Source: Macrostomum lignano (lineage: Eukaryota). From it: 64,000 nucleotides of DNA. Shown in pieces: positions 13,230 through 25,641 of the stretch (positions are counted from its first letter, which is position 1; each line of letters starts with the position of its first letter). Location: NCBI GenBank assembly GCA_002269645.1, contig NIVC01003392.1, positions 1 to 64,000 of the forward strand. The letters are read 5' to 3'. Both the position numbers and the translations under genes were made by a program. The notes under the pieces are model-generated. The model searched no databases. It had not been told where the DNA came from and saw only the letters and a program-made list of their open reading frames with translations.

Positions 13230-13539
13230 CCAGCACGAAGACGTCGCACTTGCCGGTGCTGACCCAGGCGCTGGCATCGTAAAACGCCTGCAGGTCGAAC
13301 AGCCGACACGCTCCGAGCAGCCAGTAGAAGCCGAAGCAGTCCGGCCTGTGGCTGCACATGAAGCCGCAGCTGCGCTCGCTGAGTCCGGGCTGCGATAGAA
13401 ACTCCGGCGGAGCGACAGCGCTGCCCGTCCAGGCCGCGGTGAACCGGACAGCCGGCCTGGGCACCTCCGCAGCTGCGACAGCCAGAAGCGCTGCGAGACC
13501 GCAAAGGAAACTTATCCAGATGATGATGTTTGACTGCAT
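13230..13539 (-). CDS. Exon 1 of secreted lectin: signal peptide + PAN/apple-like domain
   Basis: Hydrophobic leader MQSNIIIWISFLCGLAALLAVAAA. CGFMC-x5-CFGFY-x5-CRLF is a PAN-type Cys pattern. Donor G|gtgcgt at 13229, phase 1, joins exon 2 in frame. Confidence 0.85.
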
Positions 13540-14249
13540 CCTTGATGTGCTTTCTTTAGCGTTTCAGTTGTCCAGTTGATTTTTCAGGCAAAGTAATCTA
13601 ATGTGCGGCAATCCAGTCTCAACTGCAGCAGGTGAAATTCGGATCATTCCACTTGTAAAACGTCTCTTTAAATACCATGTCAGTAGAGTTTCTGATTAAA
13701 GTGATGGTGAGTCACTAACGCAAGCTAATGGCTTGCTAAACACAAAAGGAGTTGACAGTTTTGGTAGTGTGAGCTAGCAGCGTCGGTCGGCTTCAATGTT
13801 GGACTGGCAAACCAAAAATTGAGTTGCATTTCTCTGCAATTTGCCTTTAGTCGATGAGGACACGAGACGGGTTCTCACTGTGCAGCTGTAGATCAGGCCT
13901 TTCCTTCCACATGCTTTCAGCTAGCAATGCAATTATAAGGAGTAGTTCAATTCCCTAAGCGATTTGGCGTGACTGACACATTTCCAGCAACCAAGATCGA
14001 TCGTCAAAGTTTGCTCAGACTGGGGTACTATTGCATCGCATAGCTTTCATCTGAGACAACTACAGTGCATGTATAGGTACTTTATGGAGATCGAGGTACT
14101 GCTTTTTGAGGATAATTGTCCAGCGTGGAGACAGCATTCGTTGTATGTTTCTGGTTGCATCTGAGGTGTGGAGCACACGATGCATTTTTAGTTGCCGCAG
14201 AATGCAGTAGTATATACATAATAACAAAAAAACAAAAACAGAATACGCG

Positions 14250-15720
14250 TTCAGCGTCACAGGGCGCGCCTCAAGCCCCGGTCGCGAATGAACGCCACGC
14301 CGCCGGCCGAATCCGGGGCGCCGGCGTCAGCCAGCAGGCAGTCGATGAAACGCCGAGTGCGCGCCTGCCCCCGCCGGTAGGGTGCCTGCAGCGTTAGCAG
14401 CAGCACCTCCTGCACCGGCTCTGGGCAGTACGACTCGGCGCGGATGATGCGGCCTGCCAGCTGGAGGCGCCGACGGCGCAACAGGTCGCTGCATGGGACA
14501 GACACCAGGCCGACGCGGTGATACAAAGCCGCGTTGGTCACTCACTCGTAAAACCGATTTTAAAGGCTGCGCGCAGCAGACCAGCAGGCCAGCGACTCCT
14601 TCAGCGTCCAGGTCTCGGCGTTGTACAGCAGAACGGTCTCGATCACCGCCTGGAACAACGCCACCCTTTGGCGGTCAGTTACAGCCTCGGACTGCAGGAC
14701 TGCCTTCACAGAACGAAAGGCAGCTAGCCCAGGCAAGCCCGCGGCGACGCCGCAAATCCTCGCGGACGGCGGAAACCAGACCGCCGAGGTAGATGAACTG
14801 CTGAAAACGCGGAAGCTCTGTTGCCTGTCCATTATAGCGCCTCTCACAAAATTTCAGCCTCGATGTCGTCCGGCACGCAGAGCACGACGGTCTTCTGCGT
14901 GTTGACCACCAGGCCGACACTCGCCGCAACAGCAACTAGTAGTATAGCTTGCACAGTTGTCGCTGGGCTCGACAGTTGAGGACAGCAGGCCGCGAGATCG
15001 CCAGCGTAGGCAAGCACGCTGAGCCGCCTCTCCGGTTGACGTCGACCCACGCGTCGCCGCAACAGAAAGCCGTCGTCGTAAGAGCGATCCGTGCGTGCAG
15101 CACGTACCAGTCAAGCACCAGAGCGAACAGGAACGGTGCAAGCGTATCTCCCTGAGGCACCCCGGAGAATTTTTCAAAAAAGTCCGATAGGCCGTCCGGT
15201 GTTGAAAGAGCAGCTTTCGTATCGCGGTACATCGCCATGATGGCGGAAATCAGCTGCTCTGGCACGTTGTACGCACGGAGCGCCTTTGGGAGCACAGAGC
15301 CGACCACCGAGTCGAATGTCTTCTTGAAATCTATGAAGATAACAATCAGGATCGACTGCCGCATCCGTGCTTCCTCGATGACTCGCTGAAGAGCCAGGAT
15401 CTGCGTCACTGTGCCGCGATGGGGCCGGAAGTCGTTCTGCGGCTAGGCTGCAACCGCGATAACAGCATCCGGTTGAAAAACTTCGCAGCGCAGGACTGAA
15501 GGCAGATACCTCGATGCTCCTCAAGCCTCGTGGTGCCTACGGCTTCTTTGGAACTGCGACGATGTGCGCCGTACGTGGTCCATGTTGGGTGCCTCCTCAC
15601 CGCGTACCTTAATGAAAGATATTTCAAAAAGTTCTAAACGCTTGGAGAGCAACCTTTGATATCTTTGACTTAGCTGCTCTGTCCCGAGGACACAGCGGAA
15701 AGGCGTAGTAGTACGCACGA
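14250..15720 (-). mobile_element. Degenerate 5'-truncated non-LTR retrotransposon (LINE) reverse transcriptase and C-terminal region
   Basis: Fragments in several frames: FIDFKKTFDSV, GVPQGDTLAPFLF, LAYAGDLA (decayed YADD), GLVVNTQKT, FIYLG, VIETVLLYNAETWTL, LQLAGRIIR. Multiple frameshifts. Confidence 0.92.
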
Positions 15721-18700
15721 TTTGTTACATGTACAAATTGCAAACCCTTAAATAAATATATACTTGTAATGTATACAGGCACACGTGTAGATATCTACAT
15801 GCATTGCTGTACTTAGTAGTTTTTACTAGGGGACATGCCCCTCCTGTTTTCTGTGGCGATGCCTCTGCTAGTGTCTGAATAATACACTTTGATCCATATG
15901 CTGGATATATTTTACTCGAAACAATTTAAACCCGTCAGGCGTAGACGTCATGAAATTAAAACAGTTAAAACAAAAAAAACTTTACTGCGTCTTTAAAAAT
16001 TTAAAAATTAAGTTAAGCGTTTTAATTATAAAATAATAAAGTATTAAATACTTTCTAAATGTCTAAATACTTTGCTACTTTAAATTATGTTTTCTGTTGC
16101 AATTTACAAAATAAGTAAATAAAAGATTTTATCTTCCTATTTTAATCTAATTCATTGCTCAATATATATTATTTAGTCATTCCTTAGAAACAACTTGTTT
16201 ATGAGAAGTAAAATTGGTACATGTTGAAGGAGGCATTTTTATTTTCTGTAGTTTTCATTTTTTCAGTATTTTTTTTTCAAAACTGTAATATATACCTGTA
16301 TTCTATAAAAATCTTTAAATCTATTTTCAGTGACATGACTATTGAACAGTGATATTATTTCTCATTGGTTGGTTACATTAGCAAAGTGTACTATATTGTT
16401 CAAGTTTTTGTGTTTTTTAATGTTACAATGCTGCAAATGTACCATAGATGGCATAGTCAAAAAAGTGGAAAGTGGCATGTGCATGCTGGAATTAAATTCT
16501 TAGTCACTTTGTCATAACATAGAAACATAGCCAAGGCAATAGGCTTGCTTGCAATTTAGGCAAATGACAAAATGGAATATGATGATTTGACTAAGCTTAG
16601 TGTCTTAAGCTATAGGGCCTAGACAAAGATTATTGAATTAGAAGTTTTCTAATGTTTTTGTTCAAATTTGAATTTAATTTAGCCTAGTATAACAAACAAA
16701 ACTTTAATTGTATATATTTTATACATTTGTATACAATTATGTTAGCTTAATATACTATTAGTTTAATTTTTTGTCTATTGCAAAAACCAATATGCATTAA
16801 ATTTTTATAATAATTTTTTTGTTACTTCTATTATTGTTTATATATTTTTGAAACTGCTAACAAAATTTATTATATTCCATTGTAAGGGGGGTCTATGTGC
16901 TGTAGCTATAAGTAAAACTATGGCTTATTCCAATTCTCTGTATTGCATAGCTATAGAAACTCTAATATTACCCTATAGTAGGGACTCCAGTGAGGTTATC
17001 GTAAAGCTGATAATTACACAAAAAATTGTAAAATAGTGTTTTTTAAAATGAAATTGCCAAGCATAAAAAATGTTTATAGTAAAAACAAAATATACATGTT
17101 AAAGAAAAGTTTCTATTCTTTTTAATGAGATAAAGAAACAAAAAATATATACATTGTATGCCGAGTAGTGTCCCACTGAACTTCGTCTTTTTTTTAATAC
17201 ACTCGTTTTGTTGCCAAAAAAAGTGAATTTTAAAAGTTTGTTTTTTGTTCAAAAGCAATCATTTAAACAAAAAATAACTGTTTAATGATACAAACAACTA
17301 TATTTAGAACCTTTTTTTGACATTTTAAGAAGAATTTTTTTTCTCCCTATTTGGATAGTATAAAAAAATAAAAGTTGAATAAAAATCGTGCCTGTATTTC
17401 CAAAGCTTAGTAAAACCTGGAAATGAAGGCTACTCCATAATGTGATTACATTAAAAAAAACTGTACATGTCTATCTACATCCACCAAAAAGTTATTGAGG
17501 CCTGTTTTTTGCCTATCTTTTCAGTGTAAAATAGACAGATAAAACAGAAAATTTCAATTTTTTTCTAGCAGTAATTTCGAAGACTATTCTTCTATTGCAT
17601 TTAATAGAGGAAATTAAAGGAATTCTTCACAATGCTTTTATTTCTTTCCACATATATCTGCCGAGGAGCAACAGCAATGTTAGCTTTTTAGTAGCGATAC
17701 TACTTACATACTACTTATAGAAAAAGTGGCTCATTATGGCTTTTCTTAACCAAAGAGAAGATATTTTACCACTGCAAATTAGTTTCCAAGGTAAAATAAT
17801 ACAAATAAATGTATGCTTTAACTTATTGAGCTATACCAGTTGTAATCCCAATAAGTGACCCCTTGAATGCATGTAACCTTGGTCTGCAATGCAAAGTCTC
17901 ATAAAAATGAACTGAATTTCATACGAAATTATGTTTATTCATTTGTAAGTTTAACAAGCAAATTCACAATATACAATTTTAAGTACAATATATTATTAAA
18001 TACTTCTTTACACTTGTTTACAGATATAAATGTTCATTGGTAACTTTATTCACAATATACAATTTTATAATAAGGATAGGCTCAATCAAAATATATATAA
18101 GACAATAGTATCAACAATTATTTACCTATTTGTTTTACAGTTAAAAAGCAAAGCAGACAATATAAATTATGTATCTAAAGACAATAAGCATTAAATATAT
18201 GCTAACTTCAGTCTTCAGTTGCAGCTACTCAACAAGCAATAATATTGGGAAAAAATGAAAATGAGCTTTTAAATAAACCAAAGTACACAAAAAACCTTTT
18301 TATACTTTTTTCATTAGAAAAACAAATCAAACTTTATATATATTCATTAGTCTAAAAATTATAATCATTCAAAGTTGAAAAATGTGCAATTTTAAGATAT
18401 GCTATCAAGTTCCAGTAGCAAAAAAGTCACAAAATTGGTGAATTTTTTAACCTTTGTCAATATATAGGCAAAAAGGGTATAAAAACATATACATTTATGT
18501 GTTGTGGAATAAACAAATAAAAAAGATTTCAGAAAAAGCATTAAACTTTTAAATAATAGTCATTTGAAATTTTAATATTGCTCTATTTTTAATGTGTATT
18601 TTTCACTTTTAAAAAATTCAAATGCAAACCCCAAAAAAGATACATTAGAAAGAATAAGAAAAAATTGTTTATCTTATGTAGAACTGCTTGGTCTTTAAAA

Positions 18701-20188
18701 TAATACTAGACTCAACATTATATGTTGAATAGCAAAAAAGATATGACAACAAAAAGTGAAAAATTTTGTTTTCGTACATCTAATGGCAACAATCTATAAT
18801 GTATTTTTCCTATCTGAAAAACGTAATTTTTTGGGGACAAAAAATGTTATAAATTTTTTATTACTCAACCAAATTTAATAAGTGAAGCCATTTTGTGATG
18901 CTGTTATTGATCTCTATCAGATACATATCTGAAAAATATAAATTTTAAAGTGATTTAAAATCCCTACCTATAGTTTAAATTGTATAATAGTATATGCTAG
19001 GTTTAATGCTAGAAAAAATGATAAGACCTCATTTGTATGCCAGGTTTATGCACCAATACAAAAATTTGTCATTTGACACAATGTATCTGCTATGTCATAT
19101 ACACCAAGATATAATTCAAATGTTACACTGAAAAATGGTAGGACTCTTTTTAGTTATTGTATACTAGGAAATTGTCACTTTCCAAACTATGGATATTACT
19201 ATATTCCTATAGACATAGCTATAGCCATAGTTTTGACAGAAATTCTTAAAAACAAAGTATTTTGATTCAGGAAAATATAAACATAGTACTTAAACAACTA
19301 CAAAAGTTGTTTAAGACTGCAAATAAAAAATTACAAAACAAATCATTAAACTAGCAATGTCAAACATAAGAGTGTTGTTATTAACATTGCAAAAACACGT
19401 ATAAAAGTAGAGCAAACATTAAGAAATCATTTATTGGCTATATTTATTTATTTGCACTGTAAAAATCCTAATTTTAAATTATATAACTTTAATCTAATGA
19501 AATTTTTTTTAATAAAAATTTAAAAAAAATTTAATTTTTATTAATTTAAAGATACAATACAATAAAAGCAAACAAACATAGTGAGTAGTGACCTTTTCTA
19601 CAGTAAAGTATAGTGTATTTATTAATAGAAATGTTCAAAGTTCATTACACTGAATAATTTTAACTTCTAAAATGGAAAATATATAGTAAAATTTGTTTTA
19701 TATGCTAATTGCATATGTAAATAGGCCAATTGATTTTCTTATTTATGCAGGATTCTATCCACATTCTCATTCATTCCAATAGGGCTGTAATTGACTAGCA
19801 ATCATTGTAATTTCATGTAATGCATTTGGTTAGATTGAGTAAATAGAGAAATAGACTAGGTTTGCTTTTTGTGCAATAGGGATGCTATATCCTATTGCAA
19901 TTAAAGTTTTAACTGATAGAAGCCCCCATTTCCTATGCCAGACTGTGCTTACAACCTGCTGAAGGCCAACCTGTTAGATGCTATTCACAATAAGGGCCAT
20001 TGGCTGTAATAGGGAATCGCTATAGCATCTTATCAGAATTGCATCCTCAAATTCAAACCTTGGATGCAATTTTGCATCTTGATACTAGCAAAAAACCTAG
20101 GAAGCAGATCATATAAGTATTATACAAATTACTCAAATGTAAAGCTCATTTATTGATATCTAATTCAGAGGCTTGGCTGAGCTGCTGA

Positions 20189-20677
20189 GAAATTCGCGAG
20201 GCTCCGCCACCTGCAAGGCGACAGCCTGTGCCAGCCACCACTGTGGCTCCAGTTGCAGGCGCCTGTTTCACTGGCACTGGCAGCTACAGGCAGTTCCAGC
20301 CAAAAGTGGCGCAGCCAGTCTACCCAGCCCAGACCGCCTCTCTGCTGCTTAAGCGCCAACCATCGTCTGCTCATTCGTCCAGGGGCCCTGTGGCCACTTT
20401 ATCTACCAACTATTCTTTTAATTATCATAGTGAAAGTCACAGGGGTGGATCTAATTGTCCACTGGCAAACGTGCTGGGCTCATTGTGCTGCGGAATTCGG
20501 TGGTCAGAGGCTGGCAGGTTCTACCTGCTGATTGGCGGGATTCTTTGTGGAGTGGGCATTGTGACCCTGTTAGCAACCGGCTTCGGGCACCACGGCCCCG
20601 TGTGGATTGGGCCGATTATCGTGTGCGCAGGCGTCATCCTGATTGGCAAAGGCGCGTTTGACTATGTGCGGCATAGG
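20189..20677 (+). CDS. Probable exon of an uncharacterised two-TM-helix membrane protein
   Basis: Open frame with RFYLLIGGILCGVGIVTLLATGF and VWIGPIIVCAGVILIGKGAF helices. Donor AGG|gtgagg at 20678, phase 0. The 5' boundary is uncertain. Confidence 0.65.
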
Positions 20678-20817
20678 GTGAGGGAGCTGTGTGTACTGTG
20701 TGCCAGCTAGCACATATTGAACTGTTGTTTTTATCGATTTCTGTGCTTCATCTTGTTGGATTCTTGCGTACACTCGCTTCATTGTTTAGCTAGGAATCTG
20801 CCTCTTTCTCACGTTAG

Positions 20818-21012
20818 ACCCTCAGTTGTCGGGCCAGCCTCCCAGATCCTCATTTGCTGGGCCAGCCTTCCAGATCCCCATTTTCTGGGCCAGTCTCGCA
20901 GATCCTCAGTTGCTGGACCAGCCTTCCAGATCCCCATTTGCTGGGCTAGCCTCCCAGATCCTCAGTTGCTGGGCCTGCCTCCCAGGTCCTCAGTTGCTGG
21001 GCCAGCCTCTCA
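20818..21012. repeat. Degenerate 28-bp minisatellite (CAGATCCTCAGTTGCTGGGCCAGCCTC[C/T]) in intron; same family as 63290-63890
   Basis: About 7 visible units. Confidence 0.9.
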
Positions 21013-21066
21013 CACCAGTTGGCATCGCAGCAGCGGTCTGACCCCAGCTTCGCTCTCGCTTGCCAG

Positions 21067-21357
21067 GTGAAAGCCAGTGCGGAGCGGCCGGACTCAATCG
21101 AAGGCGACGCCGTGGCCAGTGATGGCGCCAGGCGCCAGCGCCGCCGCATGCGCCTAGTTGGAGCGCTGCCATTTGGTGCCGCGTCGGCAGAGCGGCGCCG
21201 AAGGAAGCAGTTGGCGGCCAACCTGCGCTACATCCACGGCGCTGGGGCTACTGGCTCCGGCAACACGGCAGCGTCATGGGCCACCGACTACAGCCAGCAG
21301 GGCAGTCTGCGACCGCCTCCGTTAGTTTTACTACGGTTTAATCGGTTTAACGATTGA
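21067..21357 (+). CDS. Probable terminal exon of the two-TM protein gene
   Basis: Acceptor cttgccag at 21066, phase 0, continues ...HR|VKASAERPDSIEGD... to a stop at 21355-21357. GC-rich. Confidence 0.6.
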   Translation: MKASAERPDSIEGDAVASDGARRQRRRMRLVGALPFGAASAERRRRKQLAANLRYIHGAGATGSGNTAASWATDYSQQGSLRPPPLVLLRFNRFND

Positions 21358-21480
21358 TTTTGTAAGAAATTGAGAGTCAAAAATTAGGCTAGATCGTGAG
21401 CGTTTCAGTAACAAGCAGTTGGAATAATTGTCAAAACTTTGTAAGTTCAATTGTGTCTGGGTAAAGTTATACAATGAGAC

Positions 21481-21630
21481 GGGATTTCGAATTGAGATTT
21501 TGATCTATGGGATTTCGAATAGGGATTTTTAACTATGCATGGGATTTCGAATTGGGATTTTGGACTATGGGATTTCGAATTGAGATTTTGGACTATAGGA
21601 TTTCGAATTGGGATTTTGACCTATGGGATT
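21481..21630. repeat. 28-bp minisatellite (GGGATTTCGAATTGGGATTTTGACCTAT); same family as 37213-37642
   Basis: About 5 visible units. Confidence 0.9.
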
Positions 21631-22016
21631 TAGAAAGAAATTTAGACGAGAATCAAAAATGAGGCTAGAGCGTTTTAGTAACAAGCTGTTAGAATAATGG
21701 TCCAAATTATGTAATTGCAATTGTGTCTGGGTAAAGTGATACAGTGGGACTCTTAGTAGAAGTTTTTTACAGCCCGACAAGAAAAGACTGATATACCTCA
21801 GTTACTTATGTATTCAGTTCTGTGCTCAGCCAACTAGCCCTCATATTCCATATAGAATTGCTATGCTAAAGCATTAATTTTTATTGTACACTGCTTGATT
21901 CATTGTTTAGATTGCGGGCTAGGAAAGAGCGAGGGCGGGTGAAGAGTTCAGTGTGATTATGCATATTATAGGGCGTACTGGGACTTGCTGGGCGGCAAAG
22001 CACCTTTTTTGTATGT

Positions 22017-22547
22017 GTGATGCTAAAAATAGACACAGGCAGTAGATCGGTCTCGCTTGCGACTCATTGCAGCCGGGAGCTCGTTCAGAATGCGTCCCTG
22101 CTCCTGTCCGGTGGCTCGCCCGCCGCCTACAAGCAGCGTCAGATTGACTGCTCGGCGATGCTGCTGACTGGAGGCTCCATGGCCAGCAGTTTGACCAGCG
22201 GGCCGCCTCGCGAGCCCGTCTATTTTCCCGTCATGTCGTCGACGTCTCGGCTGCCGACGCCGCAGGAGACTCCGTTCCCGTCTGTGTTCTCTTTGCAGGC
22301 TGTGGCCGCTCCAAGCAATGCTGCTGGCACTACTGCCGCTGGCGCCAGGGACCGCCTGCTGTCCACCAGGCGATCGTCGGGCGCGTCAGCGCCAAGCATC
22401 TTCCACACGCTGCGCGCGTCTCCGTCGGCTGCGTCGTCTGCAACTCGCAACGGCGGCGGCGGCGTTGTTGGCAGGTCGCGGACTCGACTCCCGTTGATGC
22501 CGAGTAAAGGTGCTACTAGACTCACGTCGCATAAGGAAGAAGTTTGA
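22017..22547. other. GC-rich island with open frames on both strands; possible exon, strand unresolved
   Basis: 176-aa plus-strand and 101-aa minus-strand ORFs of low-complexity composition. No recognisable domain. Confidence 0.3.
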
Positions 22548-22793
22548 GACGTTTTGAGTTGATGATTTGTTTTTTAGCAAGTTGGCATTGCAAGTATGCA
22601 ATGTACATTGATGAAGCTAGAGATTAAATCTGTACTGCAGAACAATTGTATATATTATTACAGAAGATTAGATGTCCGTGACCCATTGTAAATGATGCCC
22701 TTCACAATTCTGATTCTATTGCAACTAAGGCATTCTGTGTCTTAGTAGTTATGAATGCTATTTATTGTCAGCTAACATTCCTTTAGTTTATTA

Positions 22794-24113
22794 CGAGGGG
22801 TGATCAAAAAGTTCTGCAACCTTTTGTTATAACTTTTAGTTATAGAATCGGCAAAAGCCAAAAACTTACACATATGTGGCTATATCTATTTGCTATATTT
22901 ATGTGCATTTTTGGCTTCCAAATATGCCCCAGTCAAATTTCACAGCAATATATATTCTCCATGTGTTTTCAGTAGCTGATGGAAACATCAAAAGACAGTG
23001 TTCGCTTCTATATCTTTATGTGCATGCAACTTGGTTGCAAAGTGACTGAGATTCACACCGATCTGGTGAATGTTTTAGCTGACTCTGCTCCATCATTTGA
23101 CACGGTTGCCCGCTGGCTGCGCCATTTCTTGGAATGCTGGGACAGCTTCAACGATGAACCGAGGTCTGGCCGACCCCGGACATCCGTGACCGAAGATGTC
23201 GTGGCCCATGCCGATGCAATAATTCGTGAGGATTGGAGCATTATGCTGAGATTCATTGCCTATGAGCTTGGTGTCAGCTATGGAAGTGCTCATAACATCA
23301 TGCATGAGCAACTAGGCCGCACAAAGACCTGCGCTCGGTGGGTACCCCATCTTCTCACTCCGGAGCAGCAAGCAGAGAGGGTGCGCATCTGTCGCTTGTA
23401 GGTGCAAATGTTTGAGCCCCACGGCCCACGACGACTGTCGGATGTCATCACAGGAGACGAATGTTGGATCTCCTTCTTTTACCATGAAGGATAAGCAGTC
23501 CAACATGGTCTGGCTGGCAGAAGATGAGCCAAGGTCTGAGGTGCTGCAGACCGGATTCCGCAGTCGGAAGCGGATGTTCACCATTTTTTCAACTCTCAGG
23601 GTGTTGTATCGGTGAACATCCTTCCAGCGGGTGCCACAGTGACTGCCAGGTACTACACAGACACTGTTCTGCCAGGCGTGCTGCAGGAGCGGCAGGAACG
23701 TGTGCGAACCAGGCATGGACCTCGACTCCTGCTGCACCATGACAATGCGGCACCGCACAGAGCGGCCTGAACCATGGCGTACCTGGAGCAGCAGGGGGTC
23801 CGGCTGCTGCCCCATCCACCCTACTCTCTAGACCTAGCACCGTGCGACTTTTGGCTGTTCCCAAGGATCAAATCCGTCATTTCTGGGAGGCCGTTTTCAC
23901 ACATACAAAACCTTGCCCAAGCGGTACATTCAGCTCTACAGGGTATACCAACTTCAGAGTACCATGACTGCTTTCAGACATGGTGCACACGCATGCGACG
24001 GTGCATAGATAGTGGTGGAAAGTACTTTGAAGGAATGTGACACTGATTAGACGCCTCGGCTGCTGTAGCACTGAGTTTTGAGGTCACTTGCAGAACTTTT
24101 TGATCACCCCTCG
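22794..24113 (+). mobile_element. Full-length defective mariner (Tc1/mariner DD34D) DNA transposon, 1320 bp
   Basis: Perfect 26-bp TIRs CGAGGGGTGATCAAAAAGTTCTGCAA at 22794-22819 and 24088-24113, flanked by TA on both sides. Confidence 0.97.
22979..24040 (+). pseudogene. Mariner transposase pseudogene
   Basis: Motifs: DEPRSGRP, WVPHLL, ITGDECWI, HDNAAPH, PYSLDLAPCDFWLF. The second and third Asp are 34 residues apart. Stops TAG at 23399 and TGA at 23768; compensating frameshifts in T runs near 23480 and 23587. Confidence 0.95.
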
Positions 24114-24975
24114 TAATTAACTGCTTAGCATTTTTATAGGCCTTTTCCCGCAAATTCTAAACACAACTTCAAGGGCAATATGATTATTCCTATGCATGTG
24201 TTTGCGTATTCATTTTATAATTTCATGTTTTTTGTATGGCTGTGAGCTGATCTTGTATTTACAATTATTTATTCCATTACATTATTGAGTTTTAGTGCTA
24301 GCTTCACTGTTATAACAAGAATATATAATTTATGACTATGGCCAAATGTGCCAACAACCTTATTGACATGGGCTTCCAGTGTGCGTATTGTGTATTATAA
24401 ACTGCGATTCGTACATGTATTCAGCAGAGCACACTGTTAGATTTTGTGCATTTTAATAGCTGGATCACTGATGCACACAGTTATCGCTCATTGTTTATTT
24501 GACAACTTCTTTTATTTGATCGGTTCTTGATGCAGTTTTTTTTTCGCAACGTTTCTGCTGAAATATTTGTTCAAAAGTGTGCTTTGTAGCGTTTTTGCTT
24601 GTTTTGTGGTTCTTTCTTTTTTACAGGAAAATAAAGTATTGCTTGTTGTAGGTCCTGGACTCGTGTTTTCTGATTGCTTTCTGCTTTGAAGTTTGTAACT
24701 GTTATAAATAATTAGGGCGCTGATAGCTAACTATTAGGAGCCTGAGTAACTTCAGTCATGTTTTGGTTTAGTAATATCATTTTTGCATTTCTCAATAGTA
24801 CGAGAGGTGTTCCATAGGTCCTTTCCCTTTCGAGTCTAGCTCAGGCTGTTTGTGCTTTTATCTATGTTTCTTTTTTGATAGTAGAAATATTTTAGAAAAC
24901 TTTTTTTGCCTCCAAAGCCACGTGTTTTGCTGTGGAGGTTTAACAAGAGATTTACAGAAACAATATTTGTTGGTT

Positions 24976-25365
24976 CCCTCTAGTCCATGGTTGGGATAGC
25001 GCAATCTGTATTGAGTATTGCTCCCTTTAGTCTATGGTTGGGATAGCGCAATCTGTATTGAGTATTGCTCCCTTTAGTCTATGGTTGGGATAGCGCAATC
25101 TGTATTTAGTATTGCTCCATTTAGTCTATGGTTGGGATAGCGCAATCTGTATTGAGTATTGCTCCCTTTAGTCTATGGTTGGGATAGCGCAATCTGTATT
25201 GAGTATTGCTCCCTTTAGTCTATGGTTGGGATAGCGCAATCTGTATTGAGTATTGCTCCCTTTAGTCTATGGTTGGGATAGCGCAATCTCTATTGAGTAT
25301 TGCTCCCTTTAGTCTATGGTTGGGACAGCGCAATCTGTATTGAGTATTGTTCTTTTTAGTCTTTG
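24976..25365. repeat. 47-bp minisatellite, about 8 near-identical copies
   Basis: Unit CCCTTTAGTCTATGGTTGGGATAGCGCAATCTGTATTGAGTATTGCT, head-to-tail with no spacers. Confidence 0.97.
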
Positions 25366-25641
25366 GTTTAATTTAGGAATTTCCCGGTAGCAAATTTATT
25401 AGCTTAAAGCCACAAGCAAAAAACCGTTAATAGCCGGCAAACAATAAAATTGCTGCTGGGAAAATCTTGCCTATAGCCAGGGTGTCAGTTGCCGTGTTAA
25501 ATTCCGAATTTTGGGTGCAGCAGTCTTGTAACATGCATACCGATGCTTCATTCGTTTGTCCACTGCTGCCATTGTTTCAGAATTTGCTTTTGTCTAACTT
25601 TAAAATAGACAAAATAGAGTTATAGTTAATCTATTGGCAGA

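Noticed and set aside
24976-25365. 47-bp repeat array as a CRISPR candidate (also the 28-30-bp arrays)
   Set aside because: Units are head-to-tail with no unique spacers, there are no cas genes, and the context is eukaryotic.
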